Sequence record: NC_022968.1
DNA: 64,000 nucleotides
Reading direction: 5' to 3' (one strand)
Origin: Escherichia phage 4MG
Shown in pieces: positions 1 to 9,864 of this stretch (positions are counted from its first letter, which is position 1; each line of letters begins with the position of its first letter). The notes beneath the pieces were generated by a model. It searched no databases, was not told the DNA's origin, and worked only from the letters and a program-made list of their open reading frames with translations. The translations under genes were made by a program, and so were the position numbers.

Positions 1-347
1 GACTGTTTTATTGTATTGCTCTCAGTCTGGATGATTGCGGTAATCATTTTATTGAATACTTCAATATCCACACTGTTGCACCAACTTCTGTTAAGTCTTT
101 TGCCCGTAGTCTGCTCCCGGAAGATGAGCAATGGGAAGTTAAGGAAAAGCTTGACAAAAAGAAGAATAAAATGGTATCATCCAAGTCCAAAGTTAAGATG
201 GACAAAGCCATGATGGTTAAGGCTGTCAATTACGACTGCCCTGGCTGGTTGGATGGTGTTACTCTTGCAGCAGGAAAGGCTGACTATGCAGATGCATATT
301 TGATTGGGAAAAAGTTCTTGGAGGACCTATCCGCAGGAAAAGAGTAA
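1..347 (+). CDS. 5'-truncated CDS running in from the window edge (C-terminal ~115 codons), unknown function
   Basis: Open frame from position 3 to TAA at 345-347 with protein-like composition; absent from ORF track because no start codon lies inside the window. Confidence 0.35.
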   Translation, partial: LFYCIALSLDDCGNHFIEYFNIHTVAPTSVKSFARSLLPEDEQWEVKEKLDKKKNKMVSSKSKVKMDKAMMVKAVNYDCPGWLDGVTLAAGKADYADAYLIGKKFLEDLSAGKE

Positions 348-388
348 AGAGTCCTGCATCTAAACCCAAGGCAAGGAAGAAACCTGTC

Positions 389-877
389 GTGGTGCCATTG
401 ACGGCAGAACTTTGGGTTAAGGATGCAAGACAGATAGCAGCATTCAGGGAGAAGTTAATTCTGGAACAAGGCGGTCTTGATCCTGTACTTGGTGAGCCAC
501 TTCGCAAACCATGTCTCGATCATGATCACTTCGACGGAAAGTGTCGAGGAGTCCTTAGCCAGTGTGTGAATACGTTTGAAGGATATGTCCTGAAGGCTTG
601 GATGAAGTACGTTTCTGCTTACACAGAGACCTCGTTGTCCACAGCGCTTAGAAATCTTGCTGACTACTTGGAACAAGATTTCAGTGGGTATCCTATTCAT
701 GCTGGCTACAAGGACGACATGCTGAAGTTTTTGAGAAGATGTACCAATGAGAAGATCATTGAAAGGGCTGAGTCGGATCTCGGCCTCATCATTCCGAAAG
801 GAACTCAGAAGCATGACAGCATCACACTTTACCTTACGGAGTTTGTCAGACAGACGGAGGAAAGATTTGCTGAATAA
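389..877 (+). CDS. Endonuclease VII-like (T4 gp49 family) nuclease
   Basis: Motif LDHDHFDGKCRGVLSQCVN matches the Endo VII DHDH..G..RGLLC..CN signature; GTG start. Confidence 0.55.
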   Translation: MVPLTAELWVKDARQIAAFREKLILEQGGLDPVLGEPLRKPCLDHDHFDGKCRGVLSQCVNTFEGYVLKAWMKYVSAYTETSLSTALRNLADYLEQDFSGYPIHAGYKDDMLKFLRRCTNEKIIERAESDLGLIIPKGTQKHDSITLYLTEFVRQTEERFAE

Positions 878-878
878 T

Positions 879-1079
879 TTGAGTAAGCCCCTGAAGTTCT
901 ATTACAAGAACTGGCGCGGGGAATACGGTTACCGTACCGTGGTGGACCCGGTGATGTGGTATGGGTCTACAGAGTTTCACAAAAAGCCTCAATGGATGAT
1001 CAAGGCATATGATGTCGAGAAAGATGCCGTGCGAGACTTTGCTGTGAATGATATCGTTGAATTTATCCGAGAGGTGTAA
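879..1079 (+). CDS. hypothetical small protein (start uncertain)
   Basis: Track ORF 747-1079 trimmed to TTG just after the upstream stop; no clear RBS. Confidence 0.3.
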   Translation: MSKPLKFYYKNWRGEYGYRTVVDPVMWYGSTEFHKKPQWMIKAYDVEKDAVRDFAVNDIVEFIREV

Positions 1080-2053
1080 TGCTGAGTGCAGAAGAAATCC
1101 TTGATTTAAAAGCTAAAGGCCTGAGTAACCGTGAAATTGCTCGTCGTTATCTGGGAAAAGAAAGCAAGGAATCCCACATCCGTCTTATTCTTAAGGCGCA
1201 TGAGTATAACAAGGAAGCTGAGAGAGTGATCAGTGATGTTATTGAGCAGCATCCCGGTGCTAAGATCTTCCTCGGTGACGTAGAAGTATCACCAACACTG
1301 GCTTGGGTCTTTAACCGATTCAAGGCGTTTGTAACACCTTCCCACGTAGAGCATGAACCTTACATGTACACATGGGCTGGTAAGTGGTTACATAACCCTG
1401 CGATCATCAGTCGCAAACTTCCTGACTACGAAACGTTCAAAACAGATATCCACGACGACCGTGAACTGGTTGAAGAACTGTGGCATATTTTGGATGAGTG
1501 TGATATCTTCATCGCACACAACGCTCGCTTCGACAAAGGTTGGGCTAACCAGCGTTTCGCGTTCCACGGAATGAAACCGCCATCTCCGTACATCGTGATC
1601 GATACGCTTGCAGAACTCAAGTCAGCATTCTCCTTGCCTTCTAACGCTCTGGAAGCTGCGTGTAATTACTTCCAACTGGACGCTCGTAAGCGCCACCACG
1701 AAGGTATCACGCTGTGGATTCGTTGTTTCCACGGAGAGATTGAAGCATTCGAAGAAATGGAATACTACAACATCGGGGATATCCCGACACTTGAAGGTAT
1801 CTACTTGAAAGTCCGTCCTTTCATGAAGAAACACCCTAACGTGACCCTGTACAATGATGAAGACGAAAACACGGTCCTGCGCTGTGTCCGTTGTAACTCT
1901 GATCAGGTTGTTGAGATGCCGGGTAAGGTCGGTACTACGTACCTGTCTAAGTTCCAGGCATACCGTTGTGAGTGCTGCGGTTCTGTGATGCGTGACCGCC
2001 GTAACATCCGTACTAAGGAAGAAATGGCTAACACGCTTGTGAATATCATTTAA
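1079..2053 (+). CDS. DEDDh-type 3'-5' exonuclease (DnaQ-like)
   Basis: IFLGDVEVS (Exo I DxE) and IAHNARFDKGW (Exo III HxAxFD) motifs; ATG overlaps upstream stop. Confidence 0.55.
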   Translation: MLSAEEILDLKAKGLSNREIARRYLGKESKESHIRLILKAHEYNKEAERVISDVIEQHPGAKIFLGDVEVSPTLAWVFNRFKAFVTPSHVEHEPYMYTWAGKWLHNPAIISRKLPDYETFKTDIHDDRELVEELWHILDECDIFIAHNARFDKGWANQRFAFHGMKPPSPYIVIDTLAELKSAFSLPSNALEAACNYFQLDARKRHHEGITLWIRCFHGEIEAFEEMEYYNIGDIPTLEGIYLKVRPFMKKHPNVTLYNDEDENTVLRCVRCNSDQVVEMPGKVGTTYLSKFQAYRCECCGSVMRDRRNIRTKEEMANTLVNII

Positions 2054-2084
2054 GGGCTTCGGCCCTTTTGCAAAGGAGAGAAGA

Positions 2085-2690
2085 TTGGATATTATTGTTC
2101 TTAACGCCCCGCCACAAAGCGGTAAAGATGAGATCTCTGCGTATCTGTGCAAAGGTAATCCCAACATCAACCACGAAGAGGTAAAGGAACTCCTGTTTGA
2201 GGTTGCTATTCGTTCAGCGGGGATTTCCCGTGAGTTGTGGGATGCAATGTATACTCGTCGGTATAAAGAGATCCCAAGCCCATATCTGATGATTGATGGT
2301 GTGAATGTATCTCCACGTCAGTGGATGATCCATTGCTCTGAGAAGGTTATCAAGCCGTTGTTTGGTAAGTCTGCATTTGGTAAGGCCGCTGTAGAGCACC
2401 TGAAAAAGACCTATGCGAATGATGAAGTCATTGTGTATTCTGATGGTGGTTTCAGGGAAGAAATCAAAGAGTTATCCGATTACGCATATTCAACTGGTGG
2501 TGAATTCTTCCTTGCACGTATCCACCGAAAAGGTTATGATTGGGGTAATGACAGTCGTAACTGGTTGTACCTTGATGGTATCAGAGGCCACGAACGTGAC
2601 TTTGACAACAAAGAGGGCGGCATGATAGACTGTGCTGAAGAGGTTCTCGAATGGGCGAGAACTATTAGCTACGGAGAAGAGAATGCGTAA
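2085..2690 (+). CDS. P-loop deoxynucleoside monophosphate kinase-like
   Basis: Walker A-like LNAPPQSGKD resembling T4 gp1 dNMP kinase (LSGVKRSGKD); RBS AAAGGAGAG upstream. Confidence 0.5.
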   Translation: MDIIVLNAPPQSGKDEISAYLCKGNPNINHEEVKELLFEVAIRSAGISRELWDAMYTRRYKEIPSPYLMIDGVNVSPRQWMIHCSEKVIKPLFGKSAFGKAAVEHLKKTYANDEVIVYSDGGFREEIKELSDYAYSTGGEFFLARIHRKGYDWGNDSRNWLYLDGIRGHERDFDNKEGGMIDCAEEVLEWARTISYGEENA

Positions 2691-3285
2691 ACCGCTAAAT
2701 ATCGGTATTGATGTTGACCTGACTTTTGTCGATTCAGGGTCCCCTTGGATTCTATGGATGGAACAGGTGTATGGTGTGAGTGCTGACTACAAGCTTCCAC
2801 CACCAAACCCACAAGGGAAACTCTACTACAACGTTTCCAAGTATTTTCCACCTGCAAAGGTAAATCAGGTTCCACCATACGAGTTCTGGGAAGACCCATA
2901 CCTCTATGACAAACTGAAGCCTCTGCCTGGTGCAGTTGAAGCAGTAGCGGCTTGGGCCGAAGCTGGACACTTCAACCAGTTTGTGTCTTACTGTAAGAAA
3001 GGCCACTTCTCGTCTAAGGTGCGATTCCTGAAACGTGAAACGGAAGAGTTTTTCAGTATCGAGCCAGGCTCAGGCCACGGGTTCTATGCAACGAAAAACA
3101 AAGCTGGTATCAAACTCGATGTCATCATTGATGACCGCAACGAGTTCCTGAATCAGTTCGGTCCTGAAGTGATCAAGATTAAGTTCAAGACACCTTACGA
3201 TCAGTCCGAAGAACTTCGTGTCTCGATTGACCTTGAGACCGATAACTGGGACGACATCCGGAAGTTTGTTCTGGACATTGCATAA
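2683..3285 (+). CDS. HAD-superfamily phosphatase, probable 5'-(deoxy)nucleotidase
   Basis: N-terminal IGIDVDLTF = HAD motif I DxDxT; start trimmed to ATG with GGAG RBS, overlapping the kinase stop. Confidence 0.5.
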   Translation: MRKPLNIGIDVDLTFVDSGSPWILWMEQVYGVSADYKLPPPNPQGKLYYNVSKYFPPAKVNQVPPYEFWEDPYLYDKLKPLPGAVEAVAAWAEAGHFNQFVSYCKKGHFSSKVRFLKRETEEFFSIEPGSGHGFYATKNKAGIKLDVIIDDRNEFLNQFGPEVIKIKFKTPYDQSEELRVSIDLETDNWDDIRKFVLDIA

Positions 3286-3479
3286 TGAAGAGATGCCCCA
3301 CAGGAGACTTCGTTGTCCACTATGGGGATTGGGTGGAGGTTTTCACCGAGGACGGAACCTTCCTCATATCCTTCAAAGCAACAAGCGACATGTGTCAGGA
3401 CATCCTGACACGTTATCTGGTGTTTAAAGCAGGAATGAACCCTGAGACACCATATCGAATCAAAAGGAGAGGCAAATGA
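3285..3479 (+). CDS. hypothetical protein
   Basis: ORF with TAATG stop/start overlap. Confidence 0.45.
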   Translation: MKRCPTGDFVVHYGDWVEVFTEDGTFLISFKATSDMCQDILTRYLVFKAGMNPETPYRIKRRGK

Positions 3480-3799
3480 CATTAAAACAAGAATCTTTCG
3501 ACATCCTGAAAAATGAATTGCAACGCCGTGTGGATAAGGTTCCACAGGTTATGGGGTTTGATGCCTATGGTATCACCGCCGCAGATATGGGTCTCGATGC
3601 CGATTTCATTAACCGACTGATCACTGAAGCCTACCTTGGTATCTTCACTGCCGAAGAAGCTGAAGAAATGATCGCATTCCAGCAACGCTTTGCTGATCGC
3701 ACCGCGATCCTTGAAAAGGTTGTGGAAGAAGCTGTTGGAAAGGTAATGGAAGCCAACAAAGAAAACATCCTGAAAAAACTGCAAGAAGGGGTTAAGTAA
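3476..3799 (+). CDS. hypothetical protein
   Basis: ORF with ATGA overlap, RBS AAAGGAGAGG. Confidence 0.5.
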   Translation: MTLKQESFDILKNELQRRVDKVPQVMGFDAYGITAADMGLDADFINRLITEAYLGIFTAEEAEEMIAFQQRFADRTAILEKVVEEAVGKVMEANKENILKKLQEGVK

Positions 3800-4764
3800 T
3801 GACAGAAGCTGTAATCGCTCGCGTAGTAGCGGATAGTGTTTCTCCGCAGGGACAACGTATTACAACTTTTGAGCTTGAATACCCGCGTATCATCCACAGT
3901 GAGTTGATGACGCACCGACTATTCAGTCGTAATGCTATGAGTAGCCGTGCAATTCCGATCAAGAAGATGATCGAGCAGGTTCAGCAAAATCCAGCAATGC
4001 CTGTTAAGTTCGGGAAGAACCAGCCCGGTATGCAAGATGCAGGTGACCATAACCAGTTGATCGATGCGGGTTATGAACCCGCAACTTGGTGGGGACTAGC
4101 AGGGCTGAGTGCAGCACGATTTGCTGAGGCATTTGCAGAAGCTGGGTATCATAAGCAGATTGCAAACCGCCTTCTGGAGCCATTCCAGCGTATGAAGACG
4201 GTCCTGACTGCTACCGACTTCGAGAACTTCTGGTGGTTGCGTGTGGATAAGGATGCAGATCCTACCATCTTCGCACTGGCTGAAGCCATGAAGAAGGCCT
4301 TTGATGAGTCCTTACCAGAACTTCTGGAACCGGGACAGTGGCATACGCCGTATGTTGATCACGTCTACGAATACGAAGACATTGACGACAAAGAATGTGT
4401 TGTGTTTGTTGGGTATTGTGTTCTTGACGAGAACGACAAGCCTGTTATGCTTACCGTTGAGGAAGCAAAGGCAATATCTGCCTCGTGTTGTGCTCAGGTC
4501 TCTTACCGTGTCCTGAACAACACAAAAGATAAGGCGCTGGACATTTATGGGAAACTTTTGAGCGGTAATAAGGTTCATGCTTCTCCGTTCGAACACCAGG
4601 CTACGCCACTTGTTCATGCTTCCTGTGATGAACTGGAGAATGGGGCATTCGCTTGGGAAGAGGGCGTTACCCACGTTGACCGGAATGGGATGTTCTGGAG
4701 TGGTAATTTCCGTGGTTGGTCACAACACCGCCAGTTAGTTCCCAACAACGTAGTTTCAGGTTGA
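3799..4764 (+). CDS. putative flavin-dependent thymidylate synthase (ThyX-like)
   Basis: THRLFSRNAMSSR resembles the ThyX RHR-x7-S-x-R signature; sits in nucleotide-metabolism module; 321 aa is long for ThyX. Confidence 0.4.
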   Translation: MTEAVIARVVADSVSPQGQRITTFELEYPRIIHSELMTHRLFSRNAMSSRAIPIKKMIEQVQQNPAMPVKFGKNQPGMQDAGDHNQLIDAGYEPATWWGLAGLSAARFAEAFAEAGYHKQIANRLLEPFQRMKTVLTATDFENFWWLRVDKDADPTIFALAEAMKKAFDESLPELLEPGQWHTPYVDHVYEYEDIDDKECVVFVGYCVLDENDKPVMLTVEEAKAISASCCAQVSYRVLNNTKDKALDIYGKLLSGNKVHASPFEHQATPLVHASCDELENGAFAWEEGVTHVDRNGMFWSGNFRGWSQHRQLVPNNVVSG

Positions 4765-4845
4765 CAAAGGTTCCAGTAATCCGTATCTTGGTTGTATGAA
4801 TTGCGGGGAGAGTTTCTCCCCGATTATAGGCAGAATGGAGAATAC

Positions 4846-5322
4846 ATGAGTAAAACAAAACGCAAACCTACCCAACACATTTCGGTCACTTTGGACTTCC
4901 TGAGAACCGTTCCTGGATTCGATGTGACACAAGAAAGTGGACTCCGCGCTGCCCTTTATGCAGTAGGATTCCAAGTCTCCGACAGTGAGGGTAATCCTAA
5001 GCAAGTAACTATGCTTAACAACAAAAATGTACGATGTGCTAATTTGCCATATTTGTACCGTAAGACCACGATCTTTGTCGGTGACATGCGTCCGGACTAT
5101 CCGTATGCAAAAATTTATAACGGCGTTGACATCCTTGATGTCGGTGTGTATTCAGAGCGCGACATGGAGTTCGTTATCGACTTGCCTTATGACATCCCGG
5201 TAAACGAAAAAGTCAACACCCGTAAGTACACAAAACGCGGTGACCGCCCAGACTCGTTCGATATTACGTTCAATAGTGAAGATGAAGCACGTCTGAGTGA
5301 CGCATTTGGTCTGGGGGACTAA
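4846..5322 (+). CDS. hypothetical protein
   Basis: Track ORF 4792-5322 trimmed to ATG with GGAG RBS; preceded by hairpin CGGGGAGAG-TTT-CTCCCCG. Confidence 0.5.
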   Translation: MSKTKRKPTQHISVTLDFLRTVPGFDVTQESGLRAALYAVGFQVSDSEGNPKQVTMLNNKNVRCANLPYLYRKTTIFVGDMRPDYPYAKIYNGVDILDVGVYSERDMEFVIDLPYDIPVNEKVNTRKYTKRGDRPDSFDITFNSEDEARLSDAFGLGD

Positions 5323-5552
5323 TGAGTAAAGAGAAGACCAAGTGGAAAGACCGTGGCTTTGATGATAAGCATCACTACGCCGGGTGGCTCTACTTCAATG
5401 ATTTGACCGATGACAGTAAGATGTACGATGATGTTTACTATGATCAATATTCTGGTAAAATAATCAATGTCACTGCTCCGTCTGAAGAAACACCTCAAGA
5501 CGAGGAAGTTGACGAAGCCGATAAATATCTTGCTCAATTCGAAGAGAAATAA
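5322..5552 (+). CDS. hypothetical acidic protein
   Basis: ORF; start overlaps upstream stop. Confidence 0.5.
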   Translation: MSKEKTKWKDRGFDDKHHYAGWLYFNDLTDDSKMYDDVYYDQYSGKIINVTAPSEETPQDEEVDEADKYLAQFEEK

Positions 5553-5561
5553 GGAGAAAGT

Positions 5562-7877
5562 TTGATCAATACAGTTGTAAAGAGTGATGGAACAGAAGTT
5601 GTGTTCGAGCCGGAACGTCTTAACAAAGCAGCAATCTTTGGTGATGACGGCAATGGCAACTGGTCACATATCTCAATGGACGCTTACAAGCGTCTGTATG
5701 ACGGTTGCACCACTCGTGAAGTAAACCAGGCATTGATCGACGCTTGTGTAAGTCGTAAAGATGAAGCTCACTCCCGCATGGCTGGACGTGTTCTCATCGG
5801 GCAGATCTACAAAGAGGCGTATGGTGGTTTTACAAAGATCCCTACGCTGTTTAACTTCTACCACTACATGACCAATATCGGCTACTGGGAAGATATGGGT
5901 TATGACTCTTTCGACCTGATTAAGCTGGAAGAAGCTATTGATCACTCGAAAGACCTGAGTTATGGTTATGCGGTTCTGAAACAGTTCCGCGATAAGTACG
6001 GTATCAAGGACAACATCAACGATGTTCTGTTTGAATCTCCGCAGATGATGTTCATGGGTATCGCAATGGCAGTAATGAAACGTATGCCGAAGGAACGCCG
6101 TATCAATGACGTTATCCAACTGTACACGTACCTGTCTGATCTGAAGATCAATGCTCCAACGCCGTACCTGAATGGTCTGCGTACTGGTCGCACTGGCTAT
6201 GCGTCATGTTGCATCATCAAAGCAGACGACACAGCTAAGAGCATCGGTGTTGCTCGTGAAGTTGCGTACACAATGACGGTTGCACAGGCCGGGATTGGGT
6301 ATTACCTGTCCTCCCGTTCAATCGGTGATGGTGTCCGTGGCAATACGATCAAACACATGGGTAAAATCCCATATTACCGTGGGATTGACTCTGGTGTGAA
6401 AGAGAACCGTCAGTCAACTCGTGGTGGCTCTGCAACAGTTTCGTTCTTGGCTATCGACCCACAAGTCGAAGACCTGATGAAGCTGAAGAACCCGCTCACA
6501 GTGACCTCTAAACGCCTGAACACAATGGATTACTCCATCGGTATTAACCAGTCGTTCATGAACCGTGTGGCTAAGAACCTTGACTGGATGCTGGTCTCTT
6601 ACAAGGATGCACCTCAGTTACACGAGGGTATGTTTAAGATGACCATGCAGGAGTTCGATGCGGAAGTTGCTCGTATCGCAGCGGATAAGAAGATCCCTAA
6701 GACTTGGGTTAAAGCCCGTGACTTAGCTCTGGAGATCATCACACAACGAGCAGAAACAGGTCGCCTGTACGTGTACTGGCCTGATGAGATGAACCGACAC
6801 ACGCCGTTCCTGGAGACAATTTACTCCTCTAACCTGTGTCAGGAAATCTGTCTGCCGACCAAGGGCTACAAAGATATGCGTAATATCTTCAACCCTGTTG
6901 CAGACGATGGTGAGGTTGCGCTATGCTTCCTGTCCTCTTTGGTTGCTGGTCGTGTTACTCCTGAAGAGTACGAGGATGTTGCTTACTACACCGTCCTGAT
7001 GATCGATAACGTTATGGATATCATGGAATATCCGTATGAGAACATGAAGCACACAGCCGAATCTCGTCGTTCGATTGGTGTTGGCCTGACTAACCTTGCT
7101 CACTACATCGCGAAACACAAAGTCGCGTATGGTTCTCCGGAAAGCAAGCAGTTGGTTCACGATCTGGCAGAACTGCACAGCTACAGCCTGCACAAGGCAA
7201 GCTTGCGACTGGCGAAAGAGCGTGGTGTGGCACCGTGGATGCATAAGACCAAATACCCTCAGGGTTGGTTGCCTATCGACACCTATAACAAGGCAGTTGA
7301 TAGTGTTGTGAAGAATCCGAGTCTGAAGCAGGACTGGGAAACTCTGCGACAGGAAATCATCAAGAATGGTGGTATTCGTAACAGTGTTCTGGAAGCGTAT
7401 ATGCCGAACGAAAGTTCCTCATTGGCTACCAACACAACCAACGGTCTGTATCCGGTACGTGATCATGTGATCTTCAAGAAATCGCCTCAAGGCTCTGTGC
7501 TGTTTATTGTGCCTGAGTATGAAGAACTGAAGGATTACTACACCTCTGCGTGGGATATCAACACAAACGACCTGATTGACATTTACGCCATCATTCAGAA
7601 GTTCGCAGGCCAGGCAATCAGTGCTGACCTCTACATCGACTACACCCAGTTGAAAGACGGGAAGATTTCGATGAAAGACCAGATTGGTTATCTGATCCGT
7701 GCGACGAAGATGGGGATGAAGACCTGGTACTACCTGAACTCGAAGGTTGGTGCTGGCGACTCCCTCACCGCAGAACTTCAGGCGAAGAAAGAAGCAGAAG
7801 AGGCCACCCGCAAGGATTATCCTCTGATCGCTGACAACTCTGTCGAAGATCCGTACTGTGAAGGTTGTGCATTGTAA
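5562..7877 (+). CDS. nrdA: ribonucleotide reductase class Ia large subunit
   Basis: 771 aa; N-terminal ATP-cone-like segment, SSNLCQEI active-site motif, C-terminal YCEGCAL Cys pair; TTG start after AAGGAG. Confidence 0.9.
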   Translation: MINTVVKSDGTEVVFEPERLNKAAIFGDDGNGNWSHISMDAYKRLYDGCTTREVNQALIDACVSRKDEAHSRMAGRVLIGQIYKEAYGGFTKIPTLFNFYHYMTNIGYWEDMGYDSFDLIKLEEAIDHSKDLSYGYAVLKQFRDKYGIKDNINDVLFESPQMMFMGIAMAVMKRMPKERRINDVIQLYTYLSDLKINAPTPYLNGLRTGRTGYASCCIIKADDTAKSIGVAREVAYTMTVAQAGIGYYLSSRSIGDGVRGNTIKHMGKIPYYRGIDSGVKENRQSTRGGSATVSFLAIDPQVEDLMKLKNPLTVTSKRLNTMDYSIGINQSFMNRVAKNLDWMLVSYKDAPQLHEGMFKMTMQEFDAEVARIAADKKIPKTWVKARDLALEIITQRAETGRLYVYWPDEMNRHTPFLETIYSSNLCQEICLPTKGYKDMRNIFNPVADDGEVALCFLSSLVAGRVTPEEYEDVAYYTVLMIDNVMDIMEYPYENMKHTAESRRSIGVGLTNLAHYIAKHKVAYGSPESKQLVHDLAELHSYSLHKASLRLAKERGVAPWMHKTKYPQGWLPIDTYNKAVDSVVKNPSLKQDWETLRQEIIKNGGIRNSVLEAYMPNESSSLATNTTNGLYPVRDHVIFKKSPQGSVLFIVPEYEELKDYYTSAWDINTNDLIDIYAIIQKFAGQAISADLYIDYTQLKDGKISMKDQIGYLIRATKMGMKTWYYLNSKVGAGDSLTAELQAKKEAEEATRKDYPLIADNSVEDPYCEGCAL

Positions 7878-7914
7878 TTCTTATGGGGCTTCGGCCCCGT
7901 TTTAGAGGGGAATA

Positions 7915-9003
7915 ATGGCTGTATTTAACGTTGAGAACACCGCTCATAAAACTGGTGACTATCCGCTGTTCTTAGGGCAGCAAATGGGGATGTATGACTC
8001 CATCAACAAAAAGTACCCGCAACTGTTCGACCTGTACAAAAAGCAGAAAGAGCAGGACTGGTCTGAAGATGAAGTTGAACTGAACCAATCCATTACCGAT
8101 TTCGCGACCTGTAGCAAATCAACCTACGATGTCATGGTCCAGACGATCATGTGGCAGTGGGAAGCCGACAGCGTTGCAGCACAGGCGATTATTTGTCTGT
8201 TCGCACCATTCATCACCAATAGTGAACTGTTTGCTATGATGATGAAGCAATCTGAGATTGAAGTTCTTCATGCTTTAACGTATTCTGATATTGTCCGTCA
8301 GTGTCTGCCAAACTCACGACAGATCATTGAAGACATTCAGAATAACCAAGCTGTTCTCGAACGCTCTGGTGTAATCGTGAAGTATATGCGTGAACTGGAA
8401 GTTCTCGGTGCAAAATACCGTATCGATCCTGAGTCCGTGGACAAAGAAGAGATTCGCCGTGGTATTCTGCGAGCGCTGTTCTCTCTGCTTGGTCTTGAAG
8501 GTATCGAGTTCATCTCCAGCTTTGCATGTACCTTTGCACTGGCAGAACAGGGTGTGTTCGTTCAGGTCGGTCAGCTTGTCCAGAAAATCATGCTGGATGA
8601 AATGCTGCACACCAAGATGGACTTCGGTGTTATTGACATTCTCCTGAAAGACCCTGTGTGGAAAGATAGTTTCTACGCTATCAAGTCAGAACTGAAGGCG
8701 ATCCTCGATGAGGTACGTACAAACGAGTATGCATGGGGTGATTACCTGTTCAGTGAAGGCCGTGCGATCATCGGGCTTAACGCTCCATTACTGAAGGACT
8801 GGACAGACTGGAACTGCGCCCCGATCTACGATTACTACGGTATCGAACGTGACTTCGAAGCACCAAAACGCGATCCTCTTCCGTTCATGGACACTTGGAT
8901 GAACCCAAGCAAACAGCAGAATGCGAATCAGGAACAAACCAACACCGATTATCGTGTCAACGCGGCAATTGATGACACTGAAGGCGAAACCTGGGATTTC
9001 TAA
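7915..9003 (+). CDS. nrdB: ribonucleotide reductase class Ia small subunit
   Basis: 362 aa directly downstream of nrdA with RBS GGGGAATA; size and position as expected for NrdB. Confidence 0.8.
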   Translation: MAVFNVENTAHKTGDYPLFLGQQMGMYDSINKKYPQLFDLYKKQKEQDWSEDEVELNQSITDFATCSKSTYDVMVQTIMWQWEADSVAAQAIICLFAPFITNSELFAMMMKQSEIEVLHALTYSDIVRQCLPNSRQIIEDIQNNQAVLERSGVIVKYMRELEVLGAKYRIDPESVDKEEIRRGILRALFSLLGLEGIEFISSFACTFALAEQGVFVQVGQLVQKIMLDEMLHTKMDFGVIDILLKDPVWKDSFYAIKSELKAILDEVRTNEYAWGDYLFSEGRAIIGLNAPLLKDWTDWNCAPIYDYYGIERDFEAPKRDPLPFMDTWMNPSKQQNANQEQTNTDYRVNAAIDDTEGETWDF

Positions 9004-9013
9004 GGAGAAAAAT

Positions 9014-9370
9014 ATGACAGTGCAAGACAACGTTCCACTTAAACCGCTACGCTTAGTGGCTTACGACCCACAGAAACTCCATCTTTTCCTTGGTGGCGAA
9101 CGGGTTAGTGGATTCATGCCATACCGTAAGATTTCCTTGCGCCGTGGTCTGAACGGCACGTTTGAAATGGAAATTTTCCTAAGTGGGGTGTCTTCTTGGG
9201 TCCCTAAGTTGCGTCAACTTTTAGGTTATGAAATGGCTATCAGTGTTCAGTATCCAAATGAATTTGCTGATAATCTTGGTTTTGAGGATGTTGGTGTCCT
9301 CTCCGGATTCGACCTGCACTTCACCAACGAAGTTCCGGAAATTGTGTTCTACTTTAAAAATAAGGATTGA
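9014..9370 (+). CDS. hypothetical protein
   Basis: Track ORF 8921-9370 trimmed to ATG after TAAGGAGAAAAAT. Confidence 0.5.
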   Translation: MTVQDNVPLKPLRLVAYDPQKLHLFLGGERVSGFMPYRKISLRRGLNGTFEMEIFLSGVSSWVPKLRQLLGYEMAISVQYPNEFADNLGFEDVGVLSGFDLHFTNEVPEIVFYFKNKD

Positions 9371-9371
9371 T

Positions 9372-9638
9372 ATGAGTATCAAAGACAATACCTTCGTGAT
9401 CTATGGCAAAGATAGCTGCCCTCACTGTGTTCGTGCGAAAGAATTCGCAAAGTCAAAAGGTCTTGACTTCCTGTACATGACCCTTGACAAGAACTATACA
9501 AAGGAAGAACTGGTTGCCAAATGTGCTCCAGTGATCCCGACAACCGTCCCACGCGTATTTATGGAAGTAGACGGTACTGAGCGTTATGTAGGGACCGCAG
9601 ATGAGTTTATCGCATTTGTGAAATCTCATAACATCTGA
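9372..9638 (+). CDS. glutaredoxin/NrdH-like redoxin
   Basis: CPHC active-site motif in an 88 aa protein next to nrdAB; trimmed start. Confidence 0.65.
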   Translation: MSIKDNTFVIYGKDSCPHCVRAKEFAKSKGLDFLYMTLDKNYTKEELVAKCAPVIPTTVPRVFMEVDGTERYVGTADEFIAFVKSHNI

Positions 9639-9716
9639 TTGACAGTCGTCTAAAAACCATATAAGATTAACTAAGCCCATCCTCATGTTGTTGGTGGGCC
9701 ACAAAGGAGAAAAGAA

Positions 9717-9857
9717 TGAGCAAACGTACTCTGCGTAAGGCATATCAAAAGGAACTGGCACTGGAACTGCGTGGTAAAAAGCGTAAGACTAAACGTGCCA
9801 CTGAAGACGAACTCCTGCAACTGGTAGCTGACGCTGCTGCCCGTAGCACATACTGAG
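9717..9857 (+). CDS. small basic protein (46 aa)
   Basis: Below track cutoff; ATG preceded by AAAGGAGAAAAGA. Confidence 0.35.
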
Positions 9858-9864
9858 GTAACCC

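Noticed and set aside
5673-7244. Several 70-150 aa minus-strand ORFs
   Set aside because: All fall inside nrdA on the opposite strand; nrdA identity is strong.
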